A stretch of 64,000 bases of DNA, taken from assembly GCA_902792435.1 (NCBI GenBank), contig CADAZN010000014.1:40224-104223 (forward strand), given 5' to 3'. A program made the position numbers and the translations under genes. Origin of the DNA: an uncultured Bacteroidales bacterium (GTDB lineage: Bacteria > Bacteroidota > Bacteroidia > Bacteroidales > Muribaculaceae). This document shows, in pieces, positions 29,634-37,168 of the stretch. How positions within the stretch are numbered: the stretch's first letter is position 1; each line of letters opens with the position of its first letter. The notes beneath the pieces were generated by a model. The model saw only the letters and a program-made list of their open reading frames with translations. It searched no databases and was not told the DNA's origin.

Positions 29634-29692
29634 TGTCATTTGCGTGATTCGTGTAATTCGCTGTTTTTAATTGTATGACTTTATAAAGCGAC

Positions 29693-29730
29693 AGGGCCTG
29701 CCCGGGTGGGGCAGGTCCTGCTTTGTTGTT
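29693..29730. terminator. GC-rich hairpin and T-rich tail between the R-M operon and the convergent T9SS-cargo gene
   Basis: agggcctgccc-gggt-ggggcaggtcct, followed by gctttgttgtt. Confidence 0.5.
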
Positions 29731-29750
29731 AGTTGAGGGGTGATGGGCGA

Positions 29751-31472
29751 TTAGCGGATCACTTTGTTGGTAACCTTAGAGCCGTCGGTCATGGTCTTCA
29801 CCTCGATGTTCACGCCAGGGAATGGGGTGTCGCTCTCAACGCCAGCGAGGTTGACATATTTAACGCTCTGCACGCCCGGTGCAGCGTCTACCACGCTGAT
29901 GGCGGTAGATGTTCCGGCCTGAGAAACTTGGAGGGTGATTTCCTCGGCAGCTGGCTGGGTGATGGTGATGACTGCGCTGCGGTCGGCACCGTCGTTCTCG
30001 TCAACGGTAACGGTCATTACTGAGCGGTGGGTGTACTCGCCGTCGCTCATCACGTCCTGAATCTCATAGTTGATCCACTCGGGAACTTCGCCGCCATCGG
30101 TAGCCTTGAGCTGTGGAGCGCCCGAAGGATTGCTGCTGGTGAATATCCAGTTGGTTGATGGGTCGGAAGACCAGATGGGGAGCTGGTTGCCGGCATAGTC
30201 GCCTACGCCCTCGCTGGTGCACTCGCCTTCAACGGTGAACTCCATCTGTGGGTCGGTAACGTTGGTGTAGTAGTAGCGCATGAATGGGAACTTCACGTCG
30301 AGCAGGATGCTTGGAGCGGTAACACCCAGGTTGGTGTTAGAGAAGAAGTTGCCAAGGCCCACGATTTGGGTAGGCATGCCTTCTTCATCCACATGAAGCA
30401 TGTAGCCGTGCTGACCGTGTCCCTCGTCCCAGCCGTCGCGAGCCACCGAGAGGGTAAAGCCCTTGATGGCCTCGTTGTCGTAGCCTCTTGCCACAACAGC
30501 GATGGCTTGAGTTACTTCCAGTGGCTGTTCAAACTCATAGAGGAAGCCTCCAGCAGCAGGGCTCTCGTTGGTAAGGTATGTGGTGGCAGTAGCCAGTTTC
30601 TCGCCCAGCTCGAGAGTTTGGTCGGTGTGAGTGGTTACAGCGTAAACGTCGATGTAGAAGGGCACGTTGTTGTCGGCGGTAGCGTCAACAAAGGCAAGAT
30701 TGGAGTAGCGCACTGCACCACCCATGAGCATGTAGGGATTCTGTGGCTCCTCTACATAGGTTGCCATGCCGTTCCAGCCGCTGGTGTTGAAGCCAAACCA
30801 GTAGCCAGTGCCACCATTGTAACCGTTGGTAGAGCCGGTAAAGTATCTTGTGCCGCCGCCAGTGTTGTCACGGTCGCGATAAGCAAAGTACTTGGGGCTT
30901 GCATAGTAAGGGCCTGAACTTGCCGAGCCAATGTAGTCGATGGGACGTGGCACAGCATAGAGCATGCTGTAGCGGTTCTTGGGCAGATCGGCGCTCTGGT
31001 TGCCAAACACGTGATACTCGGTCTCGCCCACGGTGAGTGAGGGCACGCTGTCGGTCTCGAAGTTGTACTTCGCGTTTATGTTTCTTGAAGTAAGGTTTTC
31101 GTACCAGTTGCTGCCAATCTGGAAGCGCCAAGAATAGCTGTCGGCTTCCTGGGCCTTGAAGGTGTAGGTCTTGTAGGGACTTACAACGAGATAGGGAGTG
31201 TACTGCGAATAGGTGGTGGTGCCAGCGGTACCAACGAAGAATGTGCCTGCGGGGCGATAGTAGTAGGCCTCGCCAGCGGCGGGAGCGGCCTTGAGGGCTG
31301 CCTCGGCGCGCTCGGCGGCTGTGGCCACAACGGCGTTGCCTGCGTTTTCGGCCTCAATCATCTCGGCTTTGAATTCGTTGCCCTTGGTGACACCTACCTG
31401 GTGAGCGGGCTGTGCCTGCAGTGCTGCGGCACCTAGCAGCGCAAATGCTGCAATTGCGTAGATTTTTCTCAT
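29751..31472 (-). CDS. Secreted hypothetical protein with BACON-like segment and T9SS C-terminal sorting domain
   Basis: Signal peptide MRKIYAIAAFALLGAAALQA. The C-terminus KYVNLAGVESDTPFPGVNIEVKTMTDGSKVTNKVIR matches the Por/T9SS CTD pattern. DGADRSAVITITQPAA...VSQAG is BACON-like. Confidence 0.7.
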   Translation of the reverse strand: MRKIYAIAAFALLGAAALQAQPAHQVGVTKGNEFKAEMIEAENAGNAVVATAAERAEAALKAAPAAGEAYYYRPAGTFFVGTAGTTTYSQYTPYLVVSPYKTYTFKAQEADSYSWRFQIGSNWYENLTSRNINAKYNFETDSVPSLTVGETEYHVFGNQSADLPKNRYSMLYAVPRPIDYIGSASSGPYYASPKYFAYRDRDNTGGGTRYFTGSTNGYNGGTGYWFGFNTSGWNGMATYVEEPQNPYMLMGGAVRYSNLAFVDATADNNVPFYIDVYAVTTHTDQTLELGEKLATATTYLTNESPAAGGFLYEFEQPLEVTQAIAVVARGYDNEAIKGFTLSVARDGWDEGHGQHGYMLHVDEEGMPTQIVGLGNFFSNTNLGVTAPSILLDVKFPFMRYYYTNVTDPQMEFTVEGECTSEGVGDYAGNQLPIWSSDPSTNWIFTSSNPSGAPQLKATDGGEVPEWINYEIQDVMSDGEYTHRSVMTVTVDENDGADRSAVITITQPAAEEITLQVSQAGTSTAISVVDAAPGVQSVKYVNLAGVESDTPFPGVNIEVKTMTDGSKVTNKVIR

Positions 31473-31637
31473 GATGTTGTGAATTAGTTAATAAAAATTT
31501 ATTTGTTATTAATGGTTAATGAAAAGGCGAGTATTGTAAGGGTTAAACCGTTAAGCAACTTAAGTATGAATCGCAAAGGTAATAATATTTTACTTTTATT
31601 GCAAAAATATACCTAAAAAATTAATGCATAACTCATT

Positions 31638-31763
31638 ATTAGGGGAGAGTGAGAGGGATGAGTGATGAGTGATGAGGGGAGAGTGATGAGTGATGAGTGA
31701 TGAGGTGGGAGTGATGAGTGATGAGTGATGAGGGGGGAGTGATGAGGGGGGAGTGAGAGGGGG
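31638..31763. repeat. Heptad array, 18 units (TGAGTGA/TGAGGGG words) in the divergent spacer upstream of pckA
   Basis: attaggg gagagtg agaggga tgagtga tgagtga tgagggg agagtga tgagtga tgagtga tgaggtg ggagtga tgagtga tgagtga tgagggg ggagtga tgagggg ggagtga gaggggg. Confidence 0.85.
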
Positions 31764-31792
31764 TGTGCATTAACCAAGGCGCAGCTACTATA

Positions 31793-31820
31793 AACTATGA
31801 ACTCTGAACTCTTAACTAAT
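31793..31820. repeat. Heptad array AACTNTG x4
   Basis: aactatg aactctg aactctt aactaat. Confidence 0.7.
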
Positions 31821-31882
31821 AAAAAAACTGCTTAATTAAGGAAATTTTTCTTTAATTGTGCGTTTGATATAAAATAAATATG

Positions 31883-31890
31883 TATCTTTG
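31883..31890 (+). promoter_or_regulatory. Bacteroidota -7 box TATCTTTG (pckA promoter)
   Basis: Matches TAnnTTTG, with a TTTG at 31863-31866 as a possible -33 element. It implies a ~105-nt leader. Confidence 0.5.
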
Positions 31891-32001
31891 CGTTCTAATA
31901 GTAAAGAGTGTTTCACTCGTGGGTGAAATCGCTCACTTAAATGAGGTTATTAATCAATAGGAAAAAACTTTTAAAAAACACATTATAAATCATTTACAGC
32001 T

Positions 32002-33615
32002 ATGGCAAAATTTGATAAGTCAGTATTAGCGAAGTATGGTATCACCGACGTTCAGGAGGTGCTCTACAACCCCACCTATGAGGTATTGTTCAACGAAGAG
32101 ACCAAAGAAGGTCTTGAGGGATTTGACGTTGGCCAGGAAACTGAGCTCGGCGCCATCAACGTGATGACCGGTATCTACACCGGACGCTCGCCTAAGGACA
32201 AATTCATCGTTATGGACGAGAACAGCAAGGACACCGTTTGGTGGACTACCCCTGAGTATCCCAACGACAACCACCCCGCAAGCCTCGAGACTTGGGCTGC
32301 CGTTAAAGGCATGGCTCAAAAGCAGCTGAGCGGCAAGCGCCTGTTTGTGGTTGACGGTTTCTGCGGCACTCACAAGGACACTCGCATGAAGGTTCGCTTC
32401 ATCATGGAGGTGGCATGGCAGGCTCACTTTGTGACCAACATGTTTATCCGTCCACAGAACGAGGCAGAATTTGACCAGGAGCCCGACTTCATCGTTTACA
32501 CCGCCAGCAAGGCTAAGGTTGAGAACTACAAGGAGCTCGGCCTCAACAGCGAGACCGCCGTTGTGTTTAACGTATCGAGCAAGGAGCAGGTAATCCTCAA
32601 CACCTGGTATGGTGGCGAGATGAAGAAAGGCCTGTTCTCGATGATGAACTACTACCTGCCACTGAAGGGCATCGCCGCTATGCACTGCAGCGCCAACACC
32701 GACATGAACGGCGAGAACACCGCCATATTCTTCGGACTGAGCGGTACTGGTAAGACAACATTGTCGACCGATCCTAAGCGCAAACTCATTGGCGACGACG
32801 AGCACGGCTGGGACGACGAGGGTATCTTCAACTTCGAGGGTGGCTGCTATGCCAAGGTTATCAACCTCGACAAGGAGAGCGAGCCCGACATCTACAACGC
32901 TATCCACCGCGACGCACTGCTCGAGAACGTCACTGTTGACGCCGAGGGCAAGATTGACTTCGCCGACAAGAGCGTTACCGAGAACACTCGCGTTTCTTAT
33001 CCAATCTACCACATCAAGAACATCGTGCGCCCATTCAGCCACGGACCCGCTGCTAAGCAGGTTATCTTCTTGAGCGCCGACGCATTTGGCGTGCTGCCTC
33101 CAGTATCAATTCTGACTCCCGAGCAGACCAAGTACTACTTCCTGAGCGGCTTCACCGCTAAGTTGGCTGGTACCGAGCGCGGCATCACCGAGCCCACTCC
33201 AACCTTCAGCGCATGCTTTGGCCAGGCATTCCTTGAGTTGCACCCAACCAAGTATGCCGAGGAGCTCGTTAAGCGCATGCAGGTGAGTGGCGCCAAGGCT
33301 TACTTGGTTAACACTGGCTGGAACGGCACTGGCAAGCGCATCTCTATCAAGGACACCCGCGGCATCATCGACGCAATCCTTAACCACAGCATCGACAACG
33401 CTCCAACCAAGGAGATTCCATTCTTCAACTTCACCGTGCCTACTCAGCTCGAGGGCGTAGATCCTGGCATCCTTGATCCACGCGACACCTATGCTAACCC
33501 CGCCGAGTGGGAGGAGAAGGCTAAGGACTTGGCAAGCCGCTTCATCAAGAACTTTGCCAAGTATGAGAGCAACGAGGCTGGTAAGGCACTCGTAGCCGCT
33601 GGCCCACAGCTTTAA
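32002..33615 (+). CDS. pckA: Phosphoenolpyruvate carboxykinase (ATP)
   Basis: [13 protein letters not shown] kinase-1a P-loop, GDDEHGW, and length and N-terminus typical of ATP-dependent PckA. Confidence 0.95.
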   Translation: MAKFDKSVLAKYGITDVQEVLYNPTYEVLFNEETKEGLEGFDVGQETELGAINVMTGIYTGRSPKDKFIVMDENSKDTVWWTTPEYPNDNHPASLETWAAVKGMAQKQLSGKRLFVVDGFCGTHKDTRMKVRFIMEVAWQAHFVTNMFIRPQNEAEFDQEPDFIVYTASKAKVENYKELGLNSETAVVFNVSSKEQVILNTWYGGEMKKGLFSMMNYYLPLKGIAAMHCSANTDMNGENTAIFFGLSGTGKTTLSTDPKRKLIGDDEHGWDDEGIFNFEGGCYAKVINLDKESEPDIYNAIHRDALLENVTVDAEGKIDFADKSVTENTRVSYPIYHIKNIVRPFSHGPAAKQVIFLSADAFGVLPPVSILTPEQTKYYFLSGFTAKLAGTERGITEPTPTFSACFGQAFLELHPTKYAEELVKRMQVSGAKAYLVNTGWNGTGKRISIKDTRGIIDAILNHSIDNAPTKEIPFFNFTVPTQLEGVDPGILDPRDTYANPAEWEEKAKDLASRFIKNFAKYESNEAGKALVAAGPQL

Positions 33616-33689
33616 TTTAATGCATAATGCACAATGCATAATGCATAATTGGGGCTGCGCTTTGGTTAATGCTTAATGCACAATTGATG
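33613..33689. repeat. Heptad array (ATGCATA words) starting at the pckA stop codon
   Basis: taattta atgcata atgcaca atgcata atgcata attgggg ctgcgct ttggtta atgctta atgcaca attgatg. Confidence 0.8.
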
Positions 33690-33755
33690 GAGGTTCGCTT
33701 ATCGCACACCGTGCTTCGCACGACTTATGCTGCTCACTCCATCGAGCTAAAGGTT
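33686..33755 (+). repeat. Short relative of the A repeat carrying the identical 29-nt core
   Basis: The core cgcacaccgtgcttcgcacgacttatgct (33703-33731) equals 21780-21808 and 22167-22195. It is flanked by gatggag/ctccatc (a 7-bp inverted repeat) and followed by cgagctaaaggtt (A copies: cgagctgaaggtt). Confidence 0.8.
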
Positions 33756-33783
33756 AGGCTGGCGCTTGATTAATGTAAAATTT

Positions 33784-33820
33784 AGGGACGAGGCTTTTAG
33801 GGCTTCGTCCCTTGTTGTCG
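33784..33820 (+). terminator. Hairpin downstream of pckA
   Basis: An 11-bp stem agggacgaggc/gcttcgtccct (one G:U pair) with a 7-nt loop, followed by tgttgt. Confidence 0.4.
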
Positions 33821-33824
33821 TGCC

Positions 33825-33873
33825 CCCCTCTCACTCATCACTCATCCCTCATCTCTCCTCCCTCCTCCCTCAA
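33825..33873. repeat. C-rich heptad array, inverted relative to 31638-31763
   Basis: ccctctc actcatc actcatc cctcatc tctcctc cctcctc. Its reverse complement shares the 20-mer gagggatgagtgatgagtga with the upstream array. Confidence 0.75.
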
Positions 33874-34028
33874 TTAAACCTTGATAATGAGGTCAAGTCT
33901 AATGATTACAGAGCAGAGAAAAAGACGCGCCGAGGGCTATTTTGTTAGTTTAAGTGCGTGATTATTTGAAAATTCTGCTTAAATTTGCATTTTGAATTAA
34001 TATTACTCACATTTTAAAACTTACTGAA

Positions 34029-34460
34029 ATGAAGACTTTGATGCGAAATATGATACTTTTGGTTGCAATGTTCGCCTTGTGTGGAACTGCTACAAGTGTG
34101 GCTCAAACACTGCGCGACGCCAGCTACAACTACGTTGGCAAAATCGCTCCTAACGGAACGGTTCGCAACAGTGAGTATGGCTCGCTGGGCTTCTTCAACA
34201 ACGATGGCACCATCGCCAACGCCAAGAACAAAGTGGTGGGTCGCATAGATTCCAAGATGCAGATTTTTGACAAGGACGGCGAGCGCCTGGGCTTTGTTAA
34301 CAGCGACGGCTCAGTGTTTGATGGCGACAGCAAGCCTCTGGGCAAGATTGATATCAAGTCGGGGAAGGTCACCAACGACGAAGGCGATGTGCTGGGCTAT
34401 GCCAACGGCATCTCAATTCAGCGCGTGGCAGCCTACTTCTTCTTTGACTTCTTCAAATAA
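34029..34460 (+). CDS. Secreted small protein built of five 17-aa repeats (5-fold beta-flower-like), poly-aromatic tail
   Basis: Signal peptide, then five divergent G-x-(I/F)-x(3)-(D/N)G units with 17-aa spacing, ending AAYFFFDFFK. It is preceded by a TAAATTTG -7 box at 33980-33987. Confidence 0.7.
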   Translation: MKTLMRNMILLVAMFALCGTATSVAQTLRDASYNYVGKIAPNGTVRNSEYGSLGFFNNDGTIANAKNKVVGRIDSKMQIFDKDGERLGFVNSDGSVFDGDSKPLGKIDIKSGKVTNDEGDVLGYANGISIQRVAAYFFFDFFK

Positions 34461-34511
34461 GTGCCTTGTGTGCGAGAAACGAAAACCGAATAATGACCAA
34501 CGAATATAGTT

Positions 34512-34922
34512 ATGAAACATTTTTTACTTATTGCACTTACTCTGTTGCTGACGGCCATCTCGGCCAACGCGCAGTCGGTCTACAACAGTAACAATTCCAC
34601 TGTGGGCTATGTGCGCAGCGACGGCCGTGTTGAGAACAACAACCACAGCTGCATAGGCTACATACGCAGCGATGGTCGCGTTGAGAACAACAATCACAGC
34701 TGCATAGGCTACATACGCAGCGACGGCCGCGTTGAGAACAGCAACCACAGCTGCGTAGGCTACATACGCAGCGACGGTCGCATCGAGAACAGCAACCACA
34801 GTTGCATTGGCTACGTGCGTGACGACGGCCGCGTCGAGAACAGCAACCACAGCTGCATAGGCCGTGTCGACGGCGTGTCGCGAGAGTGGGCCGCAGCATT
34901 TTTCTTTTTTTTCTTCAATTAA
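34512..34922 (+). CDS. Secreted small protein with five near-identical 17-aa repeats (GYIRSDGRVENxNHSCI), poly-Phe tail
   Basis: Signal peptide MKHFLLIALTLLLTAISANA, then 5 x 51-bp units at 34605-34859, ending AAAFFFFFFN. It is a paralog of 34029..34460. Confidence 0.75.
   Translation: MKHFLLIALTLLLTAISANAQSVYNSNNSTVGYVRSDGRVENNNHSCIGYIRSDGRVENNNHSCIGYIRSDGRVENSNHSCVGYIRSDGRIENSNHSCIGYVRDDGRVENSNHSCIGRVDGVSREWAAAFFFFFFN
34605..34859 (+). repeat. Five tandem 51-bp coding repeats
   Basis: Each unit encodes GY(I/V)R(S/D)DGR(V/I)EN(N/S)NHSC(I/V), with very few nucleotide differences between units. Confidence 0.9.
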
Positions 34923-34931
34923 AGTAGTTTT

Positions 34932-36059
34932 ATGACTAAAAAACTTATTATGCCAGTACTTGCAATGCTGGCATTTTTTCAGTTAATGGCGCAAGAGTCG
35001 CTGTCCAGCGACTCGCTGCTGCGCCGTGAGGTGGCCCGCATGCTCATGGTGGGCTTCCGTGGCGACCAAATCGATGACAATAGTGATGCGGCACGCTATG
35101 TGCGCGACCTGCACGTGGGTAGCATAGTGCTCTTTGACGTGGACCTCACCAGCAATGGCCCTCGCAAGACAGGCACCCGCAACATCACCACCAAGAAGCG
35201 CTTGGCTAAGCTCACCGAGCAGCTGCAAGGCTATGCCGATGAGCCCCTGATTATCGCCGCCGACCAAGAGGGCGGCATGGTGTGCAGGCTCAAGCCCGAG
35301 TATGGCTTCCAGCCCACGGTAAATGCTCTATATCTAGGCACTCAAGACAACTGCGACACCACGCTTTACTACGCGATGCGCATTGCCAAGGAGATGAAGG
35401 AGTGTGGCGTGAATCTCAATCTGGCACCGGTGCTCGACATCCACCGCGAGGACAGTCCGCACCTAGGCCATTTCAAACGTTGTTTCTCGACCGATGTGGA
35501 CGTGATTGCACGCAACGCTGGCTGGTTTATCGACGCGCACTATAAGCACGGCATCTTGTGCGCTGTGAAGCATTTTCCAGGCCACGGCAGCGCCCTGGGT
35601 GACTCGCACGAGGGAATGGTCGACGTCACGTCGACGTGGAACGTTACCGAGCTAACGCCCTTTGAGAAACTTATATCACAGGAAAAGGTTGACGTGGTGA
35701 TGACGGCACACATCTACAACCGAAAGCTCGATCCCGATTATCCCGCAACCTTGTCACACAAAATCATTACCGAACTGCTGCGCAACAATCTGCACTACGA
35801 CGGCGTGGTGGTGACCGACGATATGTACATGGAAGGTATCTTGAGCCAGTACAGCATTCCCGAGGCTCTGGCTCTAGCAATCAACGCTGGCGCCGACATC
35901 CTGCTTGTGGGCAACAACATCGACACAGGATTTGAGGCTAACCGTCCGTTCAAGCTGGTTGACATCATCGTCAACCTGGTGAAGACCGGGAAGGTGCCCT
36001 ATGAGCGCATCCATGAGTCGAGCGAGCGCATCCTGCGCCTGAAGAATCGACTGAAGTGA
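34932..36059 (+). CDS. Glycoside hydrolase family 3 N-terminal-domain protein (NagZ-like beta-N-acetylhexosaminidase)
   Basis: KHFPGHGSALGDSHEG and VVVTDDMYMEG motifs, with a signal peptide. Confidence 0.8.
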   Translation: MTKKLIMPVLAMLAFFQLMAQESLSSDSLLRREVARMLMVGFRGDQIDDNSDAARYVRDLHVGSIVLFDVDLTSNGPRKTGTRNITTKKRLAKLTEQLQGYADEPLIIAADQEGGMVCRLKPEYGFQPTVNALYLGTQDNCDTTLYYAMRIAKEMKECGVNLNLAPVLDIHREDSPHLGHFKRCFSTDVDVIARNAGWFIDAHYKHGILCAVKHFPGHGSALGDSHEGMVDVTSTWNVTELTPFEKLISQEKVDVVMTAHIYNRKLDPDYPATLSHKIITELLRNNLHYDGVVVTDDMYMEGILSQYSIPEALALAINAGADILLVGNNIDTGFEANRPFKLVDIIVNLVKTGKVPYERIHESSERILRLKNRLK

Positions 36060-36126
36060 GATTAGGAATGAGGGATGAGTGATGAGGGATGAGTGATGAG
36101 GGATGAGTGATGATAGATTAGAGGGT
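36057..36126. repeat. Heptad array, 10 units, starting at the GH3 stop codon
   Basis: tgagatt aggaatg agggatg agtgatg agggatg agtgatg agggatg agtgatg atagatt agagggt. Confidence 0.85.
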
Positions 36127-36152
36127 GCGGCAGTGGCTGCGCCCTTTTATTT
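36123..36152 (+). terminator. Rho-independent terminator of the GH3 gene
   Basis: gggtgcggc-agtg-gctgcgccc, followed by ttttattt. Confidence 0.6.
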
Positions 36153-36158
36153 CATGTT

Positions 36159-37079
36159 CTATCCATTAATGACATCAAATAATTTAACGCCAATAAACAG
36201 CAAGAACAGCAAGAAGAGATAGAAGGCAAAAATCAAAAGCACAAACAGAAGAGTGCGCCACACCGACTGCCACACGGTCAATCCATAAAGCTGTTTGTAG
36301 TCAATCATCAGGATGAAGACTGCTAATGTTGCAGGCATGTAATAGGGCAGAAACACCGTTGGAGGCAAATTCCAAGTCACCAGCATCAACACCAAAGTTA
36401 TCAAGTGAATCTGGCAATTGATGTAGATTTGCGAGAAGAAAGTCTCAACTAGGTTGAAACCTTTGTCACGGAACACAAGCCATGCTATGGGCACAACTAT
36501 AACGTTCTGCAGTAGAATGCGATAAAGGTCATTCTTGTCGAGATAAATCAACAGACGGCCAACGTAGTCAAACACAATCTCGGAGTGCTCGCTCTCCCAA
36601 TCAATATTTTTTAAAAAATCGGCAACTGATTTGCCAACGAGGGGGTCTTTGAAACCGAAAACCCAAGCCAAGAAGAAGATGAAGATGGTGAGCACTGCCA
36701 GCATCTTGAATGGAGGGAAGTAGCTCAAGTGATGGCCTCCCAGGTAGTCACGAATCATGTAACCTGGGCGCCACAGCAAGTCACGCATGGTGCGGAACAT
36801 AGGGCGATTGCCCATTCCCCAAATGTCAAGAAAATTGTGAATCAGGCGTTTGAAAGTGAAGCGCATGTCACCTGCATGCATGCCGCACTGCGGGCAGCAG
36901 CGACCGTGGTAGCCATAGCCACAGTGAGAGCAAATGTGATACTCATGCTCTGGCTCTGGAATAGCCACGGGCTCCTTCTTGAGCTCGCTAATGTGTCGCC
37001 ACCACGCCCTTATTGATTCTATTTTGGATTTTCCTCCCATTGATTTTATTGACGTGCAAAGTTCGTTAAAATACTTCAT
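36159..37079 (-). CDS. DUF3667-type zinc-ribbon membrane protein (paralog of 16856..17791)
   Basis: CSHCGY..CPQCGM, then WRPGYMIRDYLGGHHLSYFPPFKML and multiple TM segments. Confidence 0.75.
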   Translation of the reverse strand: MKYFNELCTSIKSMGGKSKIESIRAWWRHISELKKEPVAIPEPEHEYHICSHCGYGYHGRCCPQCGMHAGDMRFTFKRLIHNFLDIWGMGNRPMFRTMRDLLWRPGYMIRDYLGGHHLSYFPPFKMLAVLTIFIFFLAWVFGFKDPLVGKSVADFLKNIDWESEHSEIVFDYVGRLLIYLDKNDLYRILLQNVIVVPIAWLVFRDKGFNLVETFFSQIYINCQIHLITLVLMLVTWNLPPTVFLPYYMPATLAVFILMIDYKQLYGLTVWQSVWRTLLFVLLIFAFYLFLLFLLFIGVKLFDVING

Positions 37080-37168
37080 TTACGCAAATTGTAGCGGTTG
37101 ATTGCCATTTTTCGACACAACAAAACCTATAATATAAACGTTATATTAATAAAATAGATTTTATTTTA

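Larger units (their letters stand above)
22340..29640. other. AT-rich island carrying the C-M-M-R1-R2 restriction-modification operon
   Basis: Base composition is visibly more AT-rich than both flanks (judged by eye, not computed). It is bounded on the left by the composite repeat region and on the right by a hairpin terminator. No integrase or transposase is present. Confidence 0.6.

Noticed and set aside
22340-29640. Calling the AT-rich R-M island a mobile element or integrative element.
   Set aside because: I found no integrase, transposase, tRNA attachment site or terminal inverted or direct repeats bracketing the island. Only the compositional shift and adjacent repeats support horizontal origin.
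32026-33042. A 338-aa minus-strand ORF antisense to pckA, and similar long antisense ORFs (for example 11101..11685, 13359..14003, 54229..54960, 45215..45835).
   Set aside because: Each lies entirely inside a confidently identified gene on the other strand. Their translations are low-complexity (Val/Ala/Gly/His-rich), as is typical of antisense frames in moderately GC-rich DNA.
34524-34899. Minus-strand ORFs 34524..34850 and 34537..34899 (Val/Ala-rich and Cys/Arg-rich repeats).
   Set aside because: They are antisense artefacts of the 51-bp tandem coding repeat. The plus-strand ORF has a signal peptide and an adjacent paralog.
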